32,000 bases of DNA from contig NZ_CP080507.1 of NCBI RefSeq assembly GCF_019464535.1, positions 390,001 to 422,000 of the forward strand. The letters are read 5' to 3'. Both the position numbers and the translations under genes were made by a program. Position 1 is the stretch's first letter. Each line of letters opens with the position of its first letter. Shown piece after piece: positions 1 through 8,002 of this stretch. Below the pieces are notes generated by a model, which saw only the letters and a program-made list of their open reading frames with translations, made no database searches and had not been told where the DNA came from. The DNA is from Horticoccus luteus. Lineage in GTDB: Bacteria > Verrucomicrobiota > Verrucomicrobiia > Opitutales > Opitutaceae.

Positions 1-123
1 GACGTCGAAGTCCTTGGCGTCGCGGCCAAGCAGCCAATCACGCACGCCACCGCCGACGAGACGCGGCCGGCCGACGCGGCGCACCGCTTCGAGGATGGCG
101 CGAAGGTCGGCGGGAAGATTCAT
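1..123 (-). CDS. CCA-adding enzyme / poly(A) polymerase-family nucleotidyltransferase, first 41 codons only (gene runs off the left edge)
   Basis: The minus-strand ATG at 123-121 is followed by MNLPADLRAILEAVRRVGRPRLVGGGVRDWLLGRDAKDFDV. The GGxVRDxLLGxxxxDxD head-domain motif is typical of this nucleotidyltransferase family. It is absent from the ORF track because the window truncates it. Its ATG overlaps the TGA of the upstream gene (ATGA at 123-120). Confidence 0.6.
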   Translation of the reverse strand, partial: MNLPADLRAILEAVRRVGRPRLVGGGVRDWLLGRDAKDFDV

Positions 124-515
124 GCGCCGCTGGAAGCCGGGCGGGGTGAGTTGTTCCAGAAAAGGAGCAGCAGCCAGCCGACGAGAAAGCAGACGCCGCC
201 GAGCGGGGTCAGGTAGACGACGAAGTACGGGCCCGAGAACGAATACCAATAGAGTGAACCGGAAAACAGGACGATACCGGCGGCCCAGAAAGCGGCGATC
301 CAACAGGCGAGCCGGCGCGGTTGCACAGCGGCGAGCACGGCGAGGGCGAGTAGTGCGACGGCATGCAGCAGGTGATAGTGGACCGCGGTCTGCCACGTCT
401 CCAAGTGGCCGAGTTCGATCAGGCGGCCGCGGAGGGCGTGGGCGCCAAACGCGCCGAGACCAACACCGCTCGCGCCAGCCAGCGCACTCGAAATGAAAGG
501 GAGTCGTGAGATCAT
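120..515 (-). CDS. DUF423 (YgdD-like) small integral membrane protein
   Basis: 131-aa ORF with ATG at 515. It has about four hydrophobic helices and an N-proximal GAFGAHAL motif characteristic of DUF423. The stop overlaps the start of the downstream nucleotidyltransferase gene. Confidence 0.8.
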   Translation of the reverse strand: MISRLPFISSALAGASGVGLGAFGAHALRGRLIELGHLETWQTAVHYHLLHAVALLALAVLAAVQPRRLACWIAAFWAAGIVLFSGSLYWYSFSGPYFVVYLTPLGGVCFLVGWLLLLFWNNSPRPASSGA

Positions 516-579
516 GAGAAAAAAGTGAGAAGAAGCGGAGGCGCAGGGTTGTCGGCGCGGGCGAGGGTCGCAAACTCGA

Positions 580-1275
580 ATGATGCGTTGCGTCTATTGG
601 ATGGGATCTTTGCTCGCGCTGTTCAGCGCGGCGGGGCAGACGCGCGCGGCCGATGTGGCGGTGAGCGGCGAAGCGACTTGGGCGAGCCGTTATGTTTTTC
701 GCGGCGAGGCATGGGGTGGCGCGCAACTACAGCCCGCGGTGAATTTGGCGAAAGGAGCGTGGTCGGGCGGCGTGTGGGCGAGTCAATCGTTGGCGAGAGC
801 CGATGCGCCGGAGGTGGATGCCTATGGAAGTTATGGCGCGAGTTGGGGCGCGACGGCGCGCATGGAGGCGGGCGCGACGCTTTATCACCGCGCGGCGGCC
901 GACGGGGCGGCGGGCTGGCAAACGACGGCGGAGCCCTACGTCGCGGCGAGTTTCACGACGGGGAGTGGAGTGACACCGGGCGCGACGTTATTCTACAACG
1001 CGATGCGGGACGCGTGGACCGGGCAGGCGCAGGCGGCTTATGCGCTCCCGCTCGCGCGGTGGGGCGCGACGATCGACGGTGCGGCAACGGCGGGGCGGAC
1101 GTGGGCGGCGGAAAGCAACGGCGGGGCGCATAGTTTTGGCAGCGTGGGGCTGACGTTGCGTTATCAGGTGATGCGGTGCCAGATTTCCGTGGGCGGACAA
1201 CTGGCGGTGGCCGAGCGGCGCGGGGCGTGGCATTCGGCGGGTGTGGCGAGCCTTGGGGTGCGTTACGAATTTTGA
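580..1275 (+). CDS. TorF/Gcw_chp-like outer-membrane beta-barrel protein (paralog 1)
   Basis: Signal-peptide-like N-terminus (MMRCVYWMGSLLALFSAAGQTRAADV). It carries an SRYVFRGEAWGG motif and a DAPEVDAYGSY motif shared with the 2374-3162 paralog. The sequence alternates G/A/aromatic residues and ends in a C-terminal aromatic (…GVRYEF) typical of OMP beta-signals. The start could instead be 583 or 601. Confidence 0.65.
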   Translation: MMRCVYWMGSLLALFSAAGQTRAADVAVSGEATWASRYVFRGEAWGGAQLQPAVNLAKGAWSGGVWASQSLARADAPEVDAYGSYGASWGATARMEAGATLYHRAAADGAAGWQTTAEPYVAASFTTGSGVTPGATLFYNAMRDAWTGQAQAAYALPLARWGATIDGAATAGRTWAAESNGGAHSFGSVGLTLRYQVMRCQISVGGQLAVAERRGAWHSAGVASLGVRYEF

Positions 1276-1377
1276 GGAGGAGCGTCGGGTTTGGGATCAG
1301 GAAAGGGAAATCCCGGCACGAGAGAAAAGCGGGGTTGACACGTCTTCGATTAACCCTACCAGTTGGCCCCTTTTCCA

Positions 1378-1806
1378 ATGAAAACGTTCCTCGCCAAGAA
1401 GGAGACGGTGCAACCCAAATGGTATCTCATCGATGCCGAAGGGGAAGTGCTCGGACGTCTCGCGGTGAAGGCCGCCAATATCATCCGCGGCCGTCACAAA
1501 GCTACTTACACTCCGAGTGTCGATACCGGCGATTACGTCGTGATTGTGAATGCGAACAAAGTTGTTCTCACCGGCCGCAAGGAGGAGAATAACGAGTTTA
1601 TGTTTTTCTCCGGCTTCGTGGGCGGCGAGAGCTATCGCAAGCTGTCATCCGTGCGTGAGCGCCACCCGGAATTCATCATCGAGCACGCCGTGAAAGGCAT
1701 GCTGCCGAAGAACCGTCTGGCCGCCAAGATGCTGACGAAGCTCCGCGTATTTGCGGGTGCCGAGCACACGCACGAAGCGCAGAACCCCGAAAAGATTTCC
1801 GTTTGA
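1378..1806 (+). CDS. rplM: 50S ribosomal protein L13
   Basis: MKTFLAKKETVQPKWYLIDAEGEVLGRLA…IRGRHKATYTPSVDTGDYVVIVNA is canonical L13. I prefer the ATG at 1378 over the TTG at 1363 given in the ORF track. Confidence 0.97.
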   Translation: MKTFLAKKETVQPKWYLIDAEGEVLGRLAVKAANIIRGRHKATYTPSVDTGDYVVIVNANKVVLTGRKEENNEFMFFSGFVGGESYRKLSSVRERHPEFIIEHAVKGMLPKNRLAAKMLTKLRVFAGAEHTHEAQNPEKISV

Positions 1807-1813
1807 TCCGCCC

Positions 1814-2215
1814 ATGAGCACCATCGCCGCCAACGTATTTACCGGCACCGGCCGCCGCAAAACCTCGACCGCCCGCGTGCGGATCACCGAGGGTTCGGGC
1901 AAGCTGACCGTCAACGATCGCGAGTTCGAAGACTATTTCTCGCACGATAACTTTGCCAAGCAGGCCTACGCGCCGCTCCTGACCGCGCAATTGCGCGAGA
2001 AGATCGACGTGACGGCGACGGTCGCCGGTGGCGGCGTGGCCGGCCAGGCCGGTGCGGTGGCGCACGGCATCGCCCGCGCGTTGCAGAAGATGAATCCGGA
2101 ATTGCGCGCGGCGTTAAAGAAAGCCGGCCACATCACCCGTGATCCGCGAGAGAAAGAGCGCAAGAAGCCCGGTCAACCCGGCGCTCGCAAGCGCTTCCAG
2201 TTCTCGAAGCGCTGA
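1814..2215 (+). CDS. rpsI: 30S ribosomal protein S9
   Basis: The N-terminal GTGRRKTSTARV motif and the C-terminal …ARKRFQFSKR are canonical S9. The ATG at 1814 lies 8 nt after the rplM stop. The upstream extension in the ORF track (1751) overlaps rplM and is rejected. Confidence 0.97.
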   Translation: MSTIAANVFTGTGRRKTSTARVRITEGSGKLTVNDREFEDYFSHDNFAKQAYAPLLTAQLREKIDVTATVAGGGVAGQAGAVAHGIARALQKMNPELRAALKKAGHITRDPREKERKKPGQPGARKRFQFSKR

Positions 2216-2240
2216 GCCGAGCTCCCCGCAAACTTTCCAA

Positions 2241-2271
2241 CCGCCGCGACCCAAGGTCCGGCGGTTTTTTT
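2241..2271 (+). terminator. Rho-independent terminator of rplM-rpsI
   Basis: The CCGCCG(c)GAC stem (2241-2250) pairs with GTCCGGCGG (2256-2264) around a CCAAG loop. It is followed by seven T (2265-2271) and sits 26 nt after the rpsI stop. Confidence 0.8.
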
Positions 2272-2306
2272 GTGCGCCCACGGAACGCGCGGCCGCTTCC
2301 GCAGGT

Positions 2307-2322
2307 TGGCAAGGGGCCTGCT
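2307..2322 (+). promoter_or_regulatory. Candidate sigma-54 (-24/-12) promoter upstream of beta-barrel paralog 2
   Basis: TGGCAAggggcCTGCT compared with the consensus TGGCAC-N5-TTGCW. The GG and GC dinucleotides have the exact canonical spacing, about 50 nt upstream of the ATG at 2374. No enhancer-binding protein is visible in the window. Confidence 0.35.
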
Positions 2323-2373
2323 AAACGGGCAGCGGCGCTGTTCGGCGCCACTCGGTAAAGCTGACACCAACCT

Positions 2374-3162
2374 ATGAATAAGAAAATAATCCTTACGCTC
2401 ACCCTGCTCACGACCGGCGCGTTGACGCTGCCCGGCCAAACCGTCTCCGCGGTCGCGGCGCCCAGCATCTCCGCAACGCTGACGCCCGCCTTCGTCTCGC
2501 AATACATGTTCCGCGGGCAACGCCTCGGCGGGTTTTCATTCGAGCCGAATATCGAGGTCGACTACGGCCATCTCGGCGTGGGCATCTGGAGCAACTTCCC
2601 GCTCAACGCGAAGGTCCACGGCGTATCGGATCCGGAGGTGGATCCCTACGTCTATTACACGATCAAGGCGAACGACACCGTGAGCATCGTGCCCGGGGCG
2701 ACGCTTTACACGTTTCCCAATGCAGACACGGGCAATGGATTTTATCGCACGACGTTTGAGCCCAACATCGCCGTGCCGTTCAGCCTGCCGGGCGGCGTGA
2801 CGCTGACGCCGAAGGCCTATTACGACGTCGTGCTCGACGGGCCGACCTACGAAATCACCGCTGCGTATGCCGTGGCGTTGAAAGACATCGGGAGCGAACT
2901 CGATTTTACCGCGACGTATGGCGACTACGTGTTCAAGGATGCGGCCAAGGATGCCAGTCCGGCGGTGAAACAAGTGGGCACCTACTGGCTGGTGGGCGCC
3001 GCGATGCCGTTTCAGGTCGCGAAGGACGCGAAGCTCACGATCGGTTTCGCCTACACGAAGGGTGAAAACGCCTACTTCAAGCAAGTGGGCATCCCGAAAA
3101 CCGGCAATCCGCTCGCGGTCGGCCGCGGCGTGGTGACGGTGAGCTACGCTTACACGTTTTGA
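2374..3162 (+). CDS. TorF/Gcw_chp-like outer-membrane beta-barrel protein (paralog 2)
   Basis: Signal peptide MNKKIILTLTLLTTGALTLPGQTVSA. It carries SQYMFRGQRLGG and SDPEVDPYVYY motifs parallel to paralog 1, shows alternating beta-strand patterning, and ends …VSYAYTF. Confidence 0.7.
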   Translation: MNKKIILTLTLLTTGALTLPGQTVSAVAAPSISATLTPAFVSQYMFRGQRLGGFSFEPNIEVDYGHLGVGIWSNFPLNAKVHGVSDPEVDPYVYYTIKANDTVSIVPGATLYTFPNADTGNGFYRTTFEPNIAVPFSLPGGVTLTPKAYYDVVLDGPTYEITAAYAVALKDIGSELDFTATYGDYVFKDAAKDASPAVKQVGTYWLVGAAMPFQVAKDAKLTIGFAYTKGENAYFKQVGIPKTGNPLAVGRGVVTVSYAYTF

Positions 3163-3192
3163 GGTTCGCCTGGCTTTGGTTTGTGGTTTCCT

Positions 3193-3226
3193 GACCGCCC
3201 GTGGCCCCGTGCGGGCACGGGCGGTC
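3193..3226 (+). terminator. Strong GC hairpin without U-tract (terminator-like or attenuator-like)
   Basis: Perfect 11-bp arms GACCGCCCGTG (3193-3203) and CACGGGCGGTC (3216-3226), 31 nt after the beta-barrel stop and 70 nt before argC. It is followed by TCCGTT, not a T-run, so its function is uncertain. Confidence 0.35.
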
Positions 3227-3296
3227 TCCGTTGCGAAACAACGCCGCGAAAATCATTCTGGATTCTGCGGCGGTGATGCTGGATGGTGCGCCACAA

Positions 3297-4322
3297 ATGA
3301 AAGTCGGTGTCGTCGGGGCGTCGGGTTATTCCGGCGAAGTGTTGGTCAAACTCTTGCTGGGGCATCCGCAGGTCGAACTTGCGGCGGTCACTTCGCGCAG
3401 CCACGCGGGCAAGCCTCTCGGGGCGGTGATTCCGTCGCTGCGGGGCGCGGATCGCGGGTTGACGTTCGTCGATTCGGATGTCGCGGCGCTCGCGACGAGC
3501 GAGATCGAGTTGTTTTTTCTCGCGCTGCCGCACGGTGCGGCGGCGACATATGCGAAGGCCCTTGTGCCGGCCGGCAAACGCGTGATCGATCTCAGTGCGG
3601 ACTTCCGGATCGCGGATCTGGCGAACTACCAAAAATATTACGGCGCGCATCAGGCTCCGGAATTGCTGCCGCACGCGCGTTTTGTGCTGCCGGAACTCAC
3701 GCCCGACGCGTGGAAAACCGAGGCTAAACTGGTCGCATCGCCCGGCTGTTATCCGACCAGCATGCTCGTGCCGCTCGCGCCCTTGCTCAAAGCGGGCGTC
3801 ATCTCGCGGGAGCACATCGTGGTGAATTCGTATAGCGGCGTCAGCGGGGCGGGGAAGAAAGTGGAGGAAGCGTATCTTTACGTGGAGCGCGCGGAAAGCA
3901 CCAAGGCCTACGGCCTCGTGAAACACCGGCATCTCGCGGAGGTGGAGGAGCAACTCGCGCTGCATACCGGGGCGCCGGTCATCCTGCAGTTCAATCCGCA
4001 CCTCGCACCAATGCGGCGCGGTATCGCTACGACGATCACAGTGCCAGCCGCGGCCGGGGCGACGATCGAGGCCCTCTACGCCGCGTGGCGCGCGCAGTAT
4101 GCCGGGCGGCCGTTTGTGCAATTGCTCCCGACCGGCGAGACGCCGGACACGGCTTACGTGACGGGCACGAACCGCATCGACATGTCGGCCGTGTTCGACC
4201 CGCGCACGAAAAATTTCGTCATCACGAGCGCCGAGGACAACTTGGTGAAGGGGGCCAGCGGTCAAGCCGTGCAGATCATGAATCTGTGGTGCGGCTTCGA
4301 CGAAACAGCCGGCCTGATCTGA
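3297..4322 (+). CDS. argC: N-acetyl-gamma-glutamyl-phosphate reductase
   Basis: MKVGVVGASGYSGEVLVKLLLGHPQVEL is a Rossmann N-terminus. The catalytic-Cys motif is SPGCYPTS. The length (341 aa) is typical. I chose the ATG at 3297 rather than the ORF-track start at 3201. Confidence 0.95.
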   Translation: MKVGVVGASGYSGEVLVKLLLGHPQVELAAVTSRSHAGKPLGAVIPSLRGADRGLTFVDSDVAALATSEIELFFLALPHGAAATYAKALVPAGKRVIDLSADFRIADLANYQKYYGAHQAPELLPHARFVLPELTPDAWKTEAKLVASPGCYPTSMLVPLAPLLKAGVISREHIVVNSYSGVSGAGKKVEEAYLYVERAESTKAYGLVKHRHLAEVEEQLALHTGAPVILQFNPHLAPMRRGIATTITVPAAAGATIEALYAAWRAQYAGRPFVQLLPTGETPDTAYVTGTNRIDMSAVFDPRTKNFVITSAEDNLVKGASGQAVQIMNLWCGFDETAGLI

Positions 4323-4390
4323 GCGGTCATGCGTGCGGGAGCGAACGCCGAAGGGCTGCGATGAGGGGGCTGCGAGTGCGCATGATGGGT

Positions 4391-4405
4391 TCGCTGAGTC
4401 AGCGA
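4391..4405. promoter_or_regulatory. 15-bp perfect palindrome TCGCTGAgTCAGCGA, candidate operator
   Basis: 7-bp arms around a single central base, 69 nt upstream of the ATG at 4474, within the 151-nt argC/GH42-like spacer. Confidence 0.3.
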
Positions 4406-4473
4406 CAAGCGAGCGACACGCGCCGCATCGAAAGCGCGGGCGCCGTGGGAGTGCGTTGAGGAAACGCTGAGCC

Positions 4474-6669
4474 ATGCACGCACCGGTCGAGGCGAAAGTC
4501 GAGATGCGCGCGGGTCGGCCGACGTTGGTGATCGATGGACTGCCGACGGCACCCTTGCTCTATGCGCTTACGGATTCGCCCGGCGCGCGTTGGTCGTGGG
4601 AGGAGGTGCCGGCGCGGAACATCGCGCTCTTTGCACAGCAGGGCGTGCGGCTTTTCCTCGGGATGATTTTCCTCGAGGAGATGATCGGAGTGGACGGGCG
4701 GCTGGATATCGCGCTGGCGCGGCGGCAGGTGGCGGGATTTTTGGCGGCGGCGGGTCCGGACGCGAAGGTGATGTTGCGGGTGCATTTTCACGTGCCGCTG
4801 GCGTGGGGCGCGGAAAATCCCGACGAGTGCGTCGGCTATGCGGACGGGCCGGCGGTGCCGGAGGAGCGCTGGGGTTTGGTGCGCGTCACCGGGCACGATA
4901 ACGATCAACCGGTGCGGGCGAGTTTCTATTCGGAGAAATGGCGCGAATGGGCGCGCCGTTATCTGACGGATTTTTGCGGCCAGCTCGCCGCGACGCCGGA
5001 AGGTGATGCGGTCTTCGGTCTGCAAGTGGCTTACGGCGTTTATGGCGAGTGGCACCAGTTTGGATTCTTCTGCCACGATCCGGATACGGGTGGAGCGGCG
5101 ACGAGGGCGTTTCGGCGGTGGTTGCGGAATCGATATGGGAGCGCATTGGAATTGTCGGCGGCTTGGGGTCGGGCGGGGCTGACGTGGGAGGCGGTGACAG
5201 CGCCGGATTCCGCGGCCCGCGAGCGGGCGGACCTCGCGTTGTTGCGCGATCCGGCGAAGCAGCAGGCCGTGATCGACTACTACACGTTTCTACACGAAGG
5301 GCTCGCGGACGCGGTGATCGCGCTCGCCCAAACGGTGCGCGAGGCGTGGCCGCGGCCGATCATGACCGCGACGTTCTTCGGCTATTTCTACTGCCTGTTT
5401 GGCCGGCAGGCGGCGGGCGGGCATCTGGCGGTGGCACGCGTGCTGGCGTCGCCGCACGTGGACGCGTTGTGCGCGTCGCCGGTTTATACGCCGGGTGCGA
5501 TGCCGCCGGGTGGCACGGGGCATTCGAAGAGCGTGGTGGATGCGGTGCGGCGGGCGGGAAAATTGTGGCTCGACGAGCACGACCGGGCGACGTCGGTCAC
5601 GCGTTGTCCGTGGGATCCGAATTTCGCGGGCACGATCGAGGACGACGTGGCGGTGTTGCGTCGCAACCTGCTGCAGGCGCCGACGCGGGGCGGGGGCGCG
5701 TGGTGTTTCGACTTCGGGATCGTGGCGGGGACGCCGGCGTTTGCGCGATTGGGTTTGGTCGGCTGGTGGGACCATCCGCGGCTGCAAGCGGAGATCGGGC
5801 GGATTCGCGCGGTGATGGCGAGTCGACACGGGCGGCCGTATCGGCGGTGCGCGGACGTGCTGGTGTTGCACGATCCGTGGGCGTTCGCACACATCGCGAG
5901 CCGGCGGCACGATCCCGCGAAGATGGTGTTTGGCGTCATGCCGGTATCGGAGGTGGATCCGGTTTCGCCGTTGCTGACCGACGGGCTGGTGGAAGCGTTG
6001 TATCGATCCGGTTTGATTCACGACGACGCGTTGTTGTCGGAGCTCCCGACGCTGGATCTGCAGCCGTATAAATTGGTGATCCTGGCGACGACGCCGCTGC
6101 TCGCCGCGGCGCAACGGACGTTCCTGCGCGAACACGTGGCGGTGGACGGGCGGCATCTGGTGTTACTGGGCTACGCGGGGTGGAGCGATGGCCGGCGCGT
6201 GGGAGCGGAGGTGGCCGGCGCGTGGAGCGGCTTCACGACGCGCGCGTCAGAACAACCGCGGCCTGAGCAACGACTGGAGGTCGACGGCGCCACGGAAACG
6301 TTGAGCCTCAAGGAGGCCTTTGTCTTGCCGGAGTTTGGGCCCGCGGAGCGTGACGACGTGCTCGGACGGTGGGCGAACGGCGCGACGAGTGCATTGCGGC
6401 GGCGAACGGAGAACGCGACGTGGTGGACCTTCGCCTTGCCGCCCAATAGTCCGGGAACTTGGCGCGCGATCGGACGACGGGCGGAGTGTGCAGTCGTCAA
6501 CGAGCACGACGACACGACGCTCCTCGGTGACGGGTTGCTGGTGGTGCATTCGCTCGCGGGCGGGGAGCGGACGTTGCGCGTGCCAGGTGGACCGACGATT
6601 CGCACGACGCTGCCGCCGCGGAGCACCGTGGTGTTCGACGCGGAATCGGGCGAAATTTTGCTGGGATGA
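4474..6669 (+). CDS. GH42-like glycoside hydrolase (beta-galactosidase-family architecture), cytoplasmic
   Basis: No signal peptide. It has a TIM-barrel-like N-terminal half with GLQVAYGVYGEWH (a candidate acid/base Glu strand), FRRWLRNRYGSALELSAAWG (which resembles the GH42 FxxWLxxxYGxxxxLNxAW motif) and GKLWLDEHD (a candidate nucleophile strand). This is followed by a trimerisation-like segment (YKLVILATTPLL…GRHLVLLGYAG) and a C-terminal beta domain. The family call is by eye only. Confidence 0.6.
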   Translation: MHAPVEAKVEMRAGRPTLVIDGLPTAPLLYALTDSPGARWSWEEVPARNIALFAQQGVRLFLGMIFLEEMIGVDGRLDIALARRQVAGFLAAAGPDAKVMLRVHFHVPLAWGAENPDECVGYADGPAVPEERWGLVRVTGHDNDQPVRASFYSEKWREWARRYLTDFCGQLAATPEGDAVFGLQVAYGVYGEWHQFGFFCHDPDTGGAATRAFRRWLRNRYGSALELSAAWGRAGLTWEAVTAPDSAARERADLALLRDPAKQQAVIDYYTFLHEGLADAVIALAQTVREAWPRPIMTATFFGYFYCLFGRQAAGGHLAVARVLASPHVDALCASPVYTPGAMPPGGTGHSKSVVDAVRRAGKLWLDEHDRATSVTRCPWDPNFAGTIEDDVAVLRRNLLQAPTRGGGAWCFDFGIVAGTPAFARLGLVGWWDHPRLQAEIGRIRAVMASRHGRPYRRCADVLVLHDPWAFAHIASRRHDPAKMVFGVMPVSEVDPVSPLLTDGLVEALYRSGLIHDDALLSELPTLDLQPYKLVILATTPLLAAAQRTFLREHVAVDGRHLVLLGYAGWSDGRRVGAEVAGAWSGFTTRASEQPRPEQRLEVDGATETLSLKEAFVLPEFGPAERDDVLGRWANGATSALRRRTENATWWTFALPPNSPGTWRAIGRRAECAVVNEHDDTTLLGDGLLVVHSLAGGERTLRVPGGPTIRTTLPPRSTVVFDAESGEILLG

Positions 6670-6685
6670 GCGTCAGTGCCGCCGG

Positions 6686-8002
6686 TCAGCTGCGGTAATC
6701 GGCGTTTTCGCTGACGTATTCGTGCGTGAGATCGCCGCCGAAGACAGTGGCTTCTGCGGAGCCGGAGCCGAGATCGATCACGATCTCGACGCAACGTTCG
6801 TGCGGAGGGAAATCCACCGCCGGGGCGAACACGCCATTTTGCGGCGGAGCGCTGGTGTAGAGTTCAGCGTGCTGCAGATGCGCCGCGAGCGCGGCTTCTT
6901 TGGTGCGGTCGAGCTGGAAGACACCGCCGGCAAAAATCTCGATGCCTCCCAGCCACATGCGCAGGCGCTGAAGGTCGGTGTCGGGGGCGTGGGCGCCGAC
7001 GTATTTGCCGATCGCCTGCACGAGGCGCCCGACGTTGGCATCGTTGCCGGCGACGGCACATTTGAAGAGGGGGGCGTTGATCACGGCTTTGCCGAGTGCG
7101 AAGGCGAGTGAAGACGTGACGGCGTTTTTGACGTGGACGCGGATGACGTGGCGCACGCCTTCGCCGTTGCGCACGACGTCCTCGGCGAGATCGCAGCAGA
7201 CGGTGCGGAGGGCACGTTCAAAGGCGGCGAGGTCTGCACAGGGGATGCGGCCAGAGGAGACGAGGGCCACGGTGTCGGAGGTGCTGGTGTCGCTGTCGAT
7301 GCTGATGGCGTTGAAGCTCGGTTGGACGACGCGGGTGAGCATGGCGCGCAATTCGGCGCGCGGCACCGCGACGTCGGTGAGGATGTAGACGAGCATGGTG
7401 GCGAGATTCGGCTCGATCATGCCGGCGCCTTTCGCGATGCCCACGATGCGACCGCCGCTCACTTCGGCGCAGCGAATTTTCGGATAAAGGTCCGTGGTGA
7501 CGATGCCTTCGGCGGCGGGCAGAATGGAGGTGGCGGTCAAGGCGGCGTGGGTGGCGGGAAGGGCCGCGAGGATTGCGTCGACGGGCAACGTCCAACCGAT
7601 GACGCCGGTGGAGCTGGGGAGAACCTCGGTGGATTTCCGGCCGAGGAGCTGCGCGGTGGCGGCGCAGATGCGCTCCGCGGCGTCGACGCCGCCGGGCGCG
7701 CAGACGTTGGAGATTTTGTTGTTTACGATGATCGCGCCGAGCTCGGGTGAGGAGAGGCGCGCGCGGCCGACGACGATGGGTGCGCCAGGGAAGGCGTTGC
7801 GCGTGAACACGGCGGCGAAATCCGTCGTGGGCTCGTCGAGGGCGATGAGCGTGAGCGTCATCCGGGCGGGTTTGGGCGCCTCGCGCGGGACGAACTCGAA
7901 GCGGCTCGTGCCGACGCGAAAACCGAGGGGCAGGGCGGCTTGGGCCGCGAGCCAGGCGCGATGGTCCGCGCGGGAAGAGAATTCCAATTGTGTGCTAGCC
8001 AC
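6686..8002 (-). CDS. argJ: Bifunctional glutamate N-acetyltransferase / amino-acid acetyltransferase
   Basis: KGAGMIEPNLATMLVYILTD contains the autoproteolytic A|TML site of the ArgJ family. It also has SSTGVIGW and VNNKISNVC motifs. The start is uncertain. The frame is open to 8116, but the first in-frame ATG only comes at ORF residue 85. I chose the GTG at 8002, with a TTG at 7987 as an alternative. Confidence 0.9.
   Translation of the reverse strand: MASTQLEFSSRADHRAWLAAQAALPLGFRVGTSRFEFVPREAPKPARMTLTLIALDEPTTDFAAVFTRNAFPGAPIVVGRARLSSPELGAIIVNNKISNVCAPGGVDAAERICAATAQLLGRKSTEVLPSSTGVIGWTLPVDAILAALPATHAALTATSILPAAEGIVTTDLYPKIRCAEVSGGRIVGIAKGAGMIEPNLATMLVYILTDVAVPRAELRAMLTRVVQPSFNAISIDSDTSTSDTVALVSSGRIPCADLAAFERALRTVCCDLAEDVVRNGEGVRHVIRVHVKNAVTSSLAFALGKAVINAPLFKCAVAGNDANVGRLVQAIGKYVGAHAPDTDLQRLRMWLGGIEIFAGGVFQLDRTKEAALAAHLQHAELYTSAPPQNGVFAPAVDFPPHERCVEIVIDLGSGSAEATVFGGDLTHEYVSENADYRS

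Noticed and set aside
1335-1362. Perfect TTGACA (1335-1340) upstream of rplM as a sigma-70 promoter
   Set aside because: The best -10 candidate at 16-nt spacing is TACCAG (3 of 6 matches), and no extended -10 is present. This is not strong enough to report as a feature, though a promoter must lie somewhere in 1276-1377.
3150-4475. 441-aa minus-strand ORF
   Set aside because: It is antisense to argC and has an Arg-rich composition with no motifs.
5049-6156. 340-aa plus-strand and 288-aa minus-strand ORFs inside 4474-6669
   Set aside because: They are alternative frames or the opposite strand of the GH42-like gene. They have a low-complexity Arg/Gly composition, whereas the 731-aa frame has family-like motifs over its whole length.
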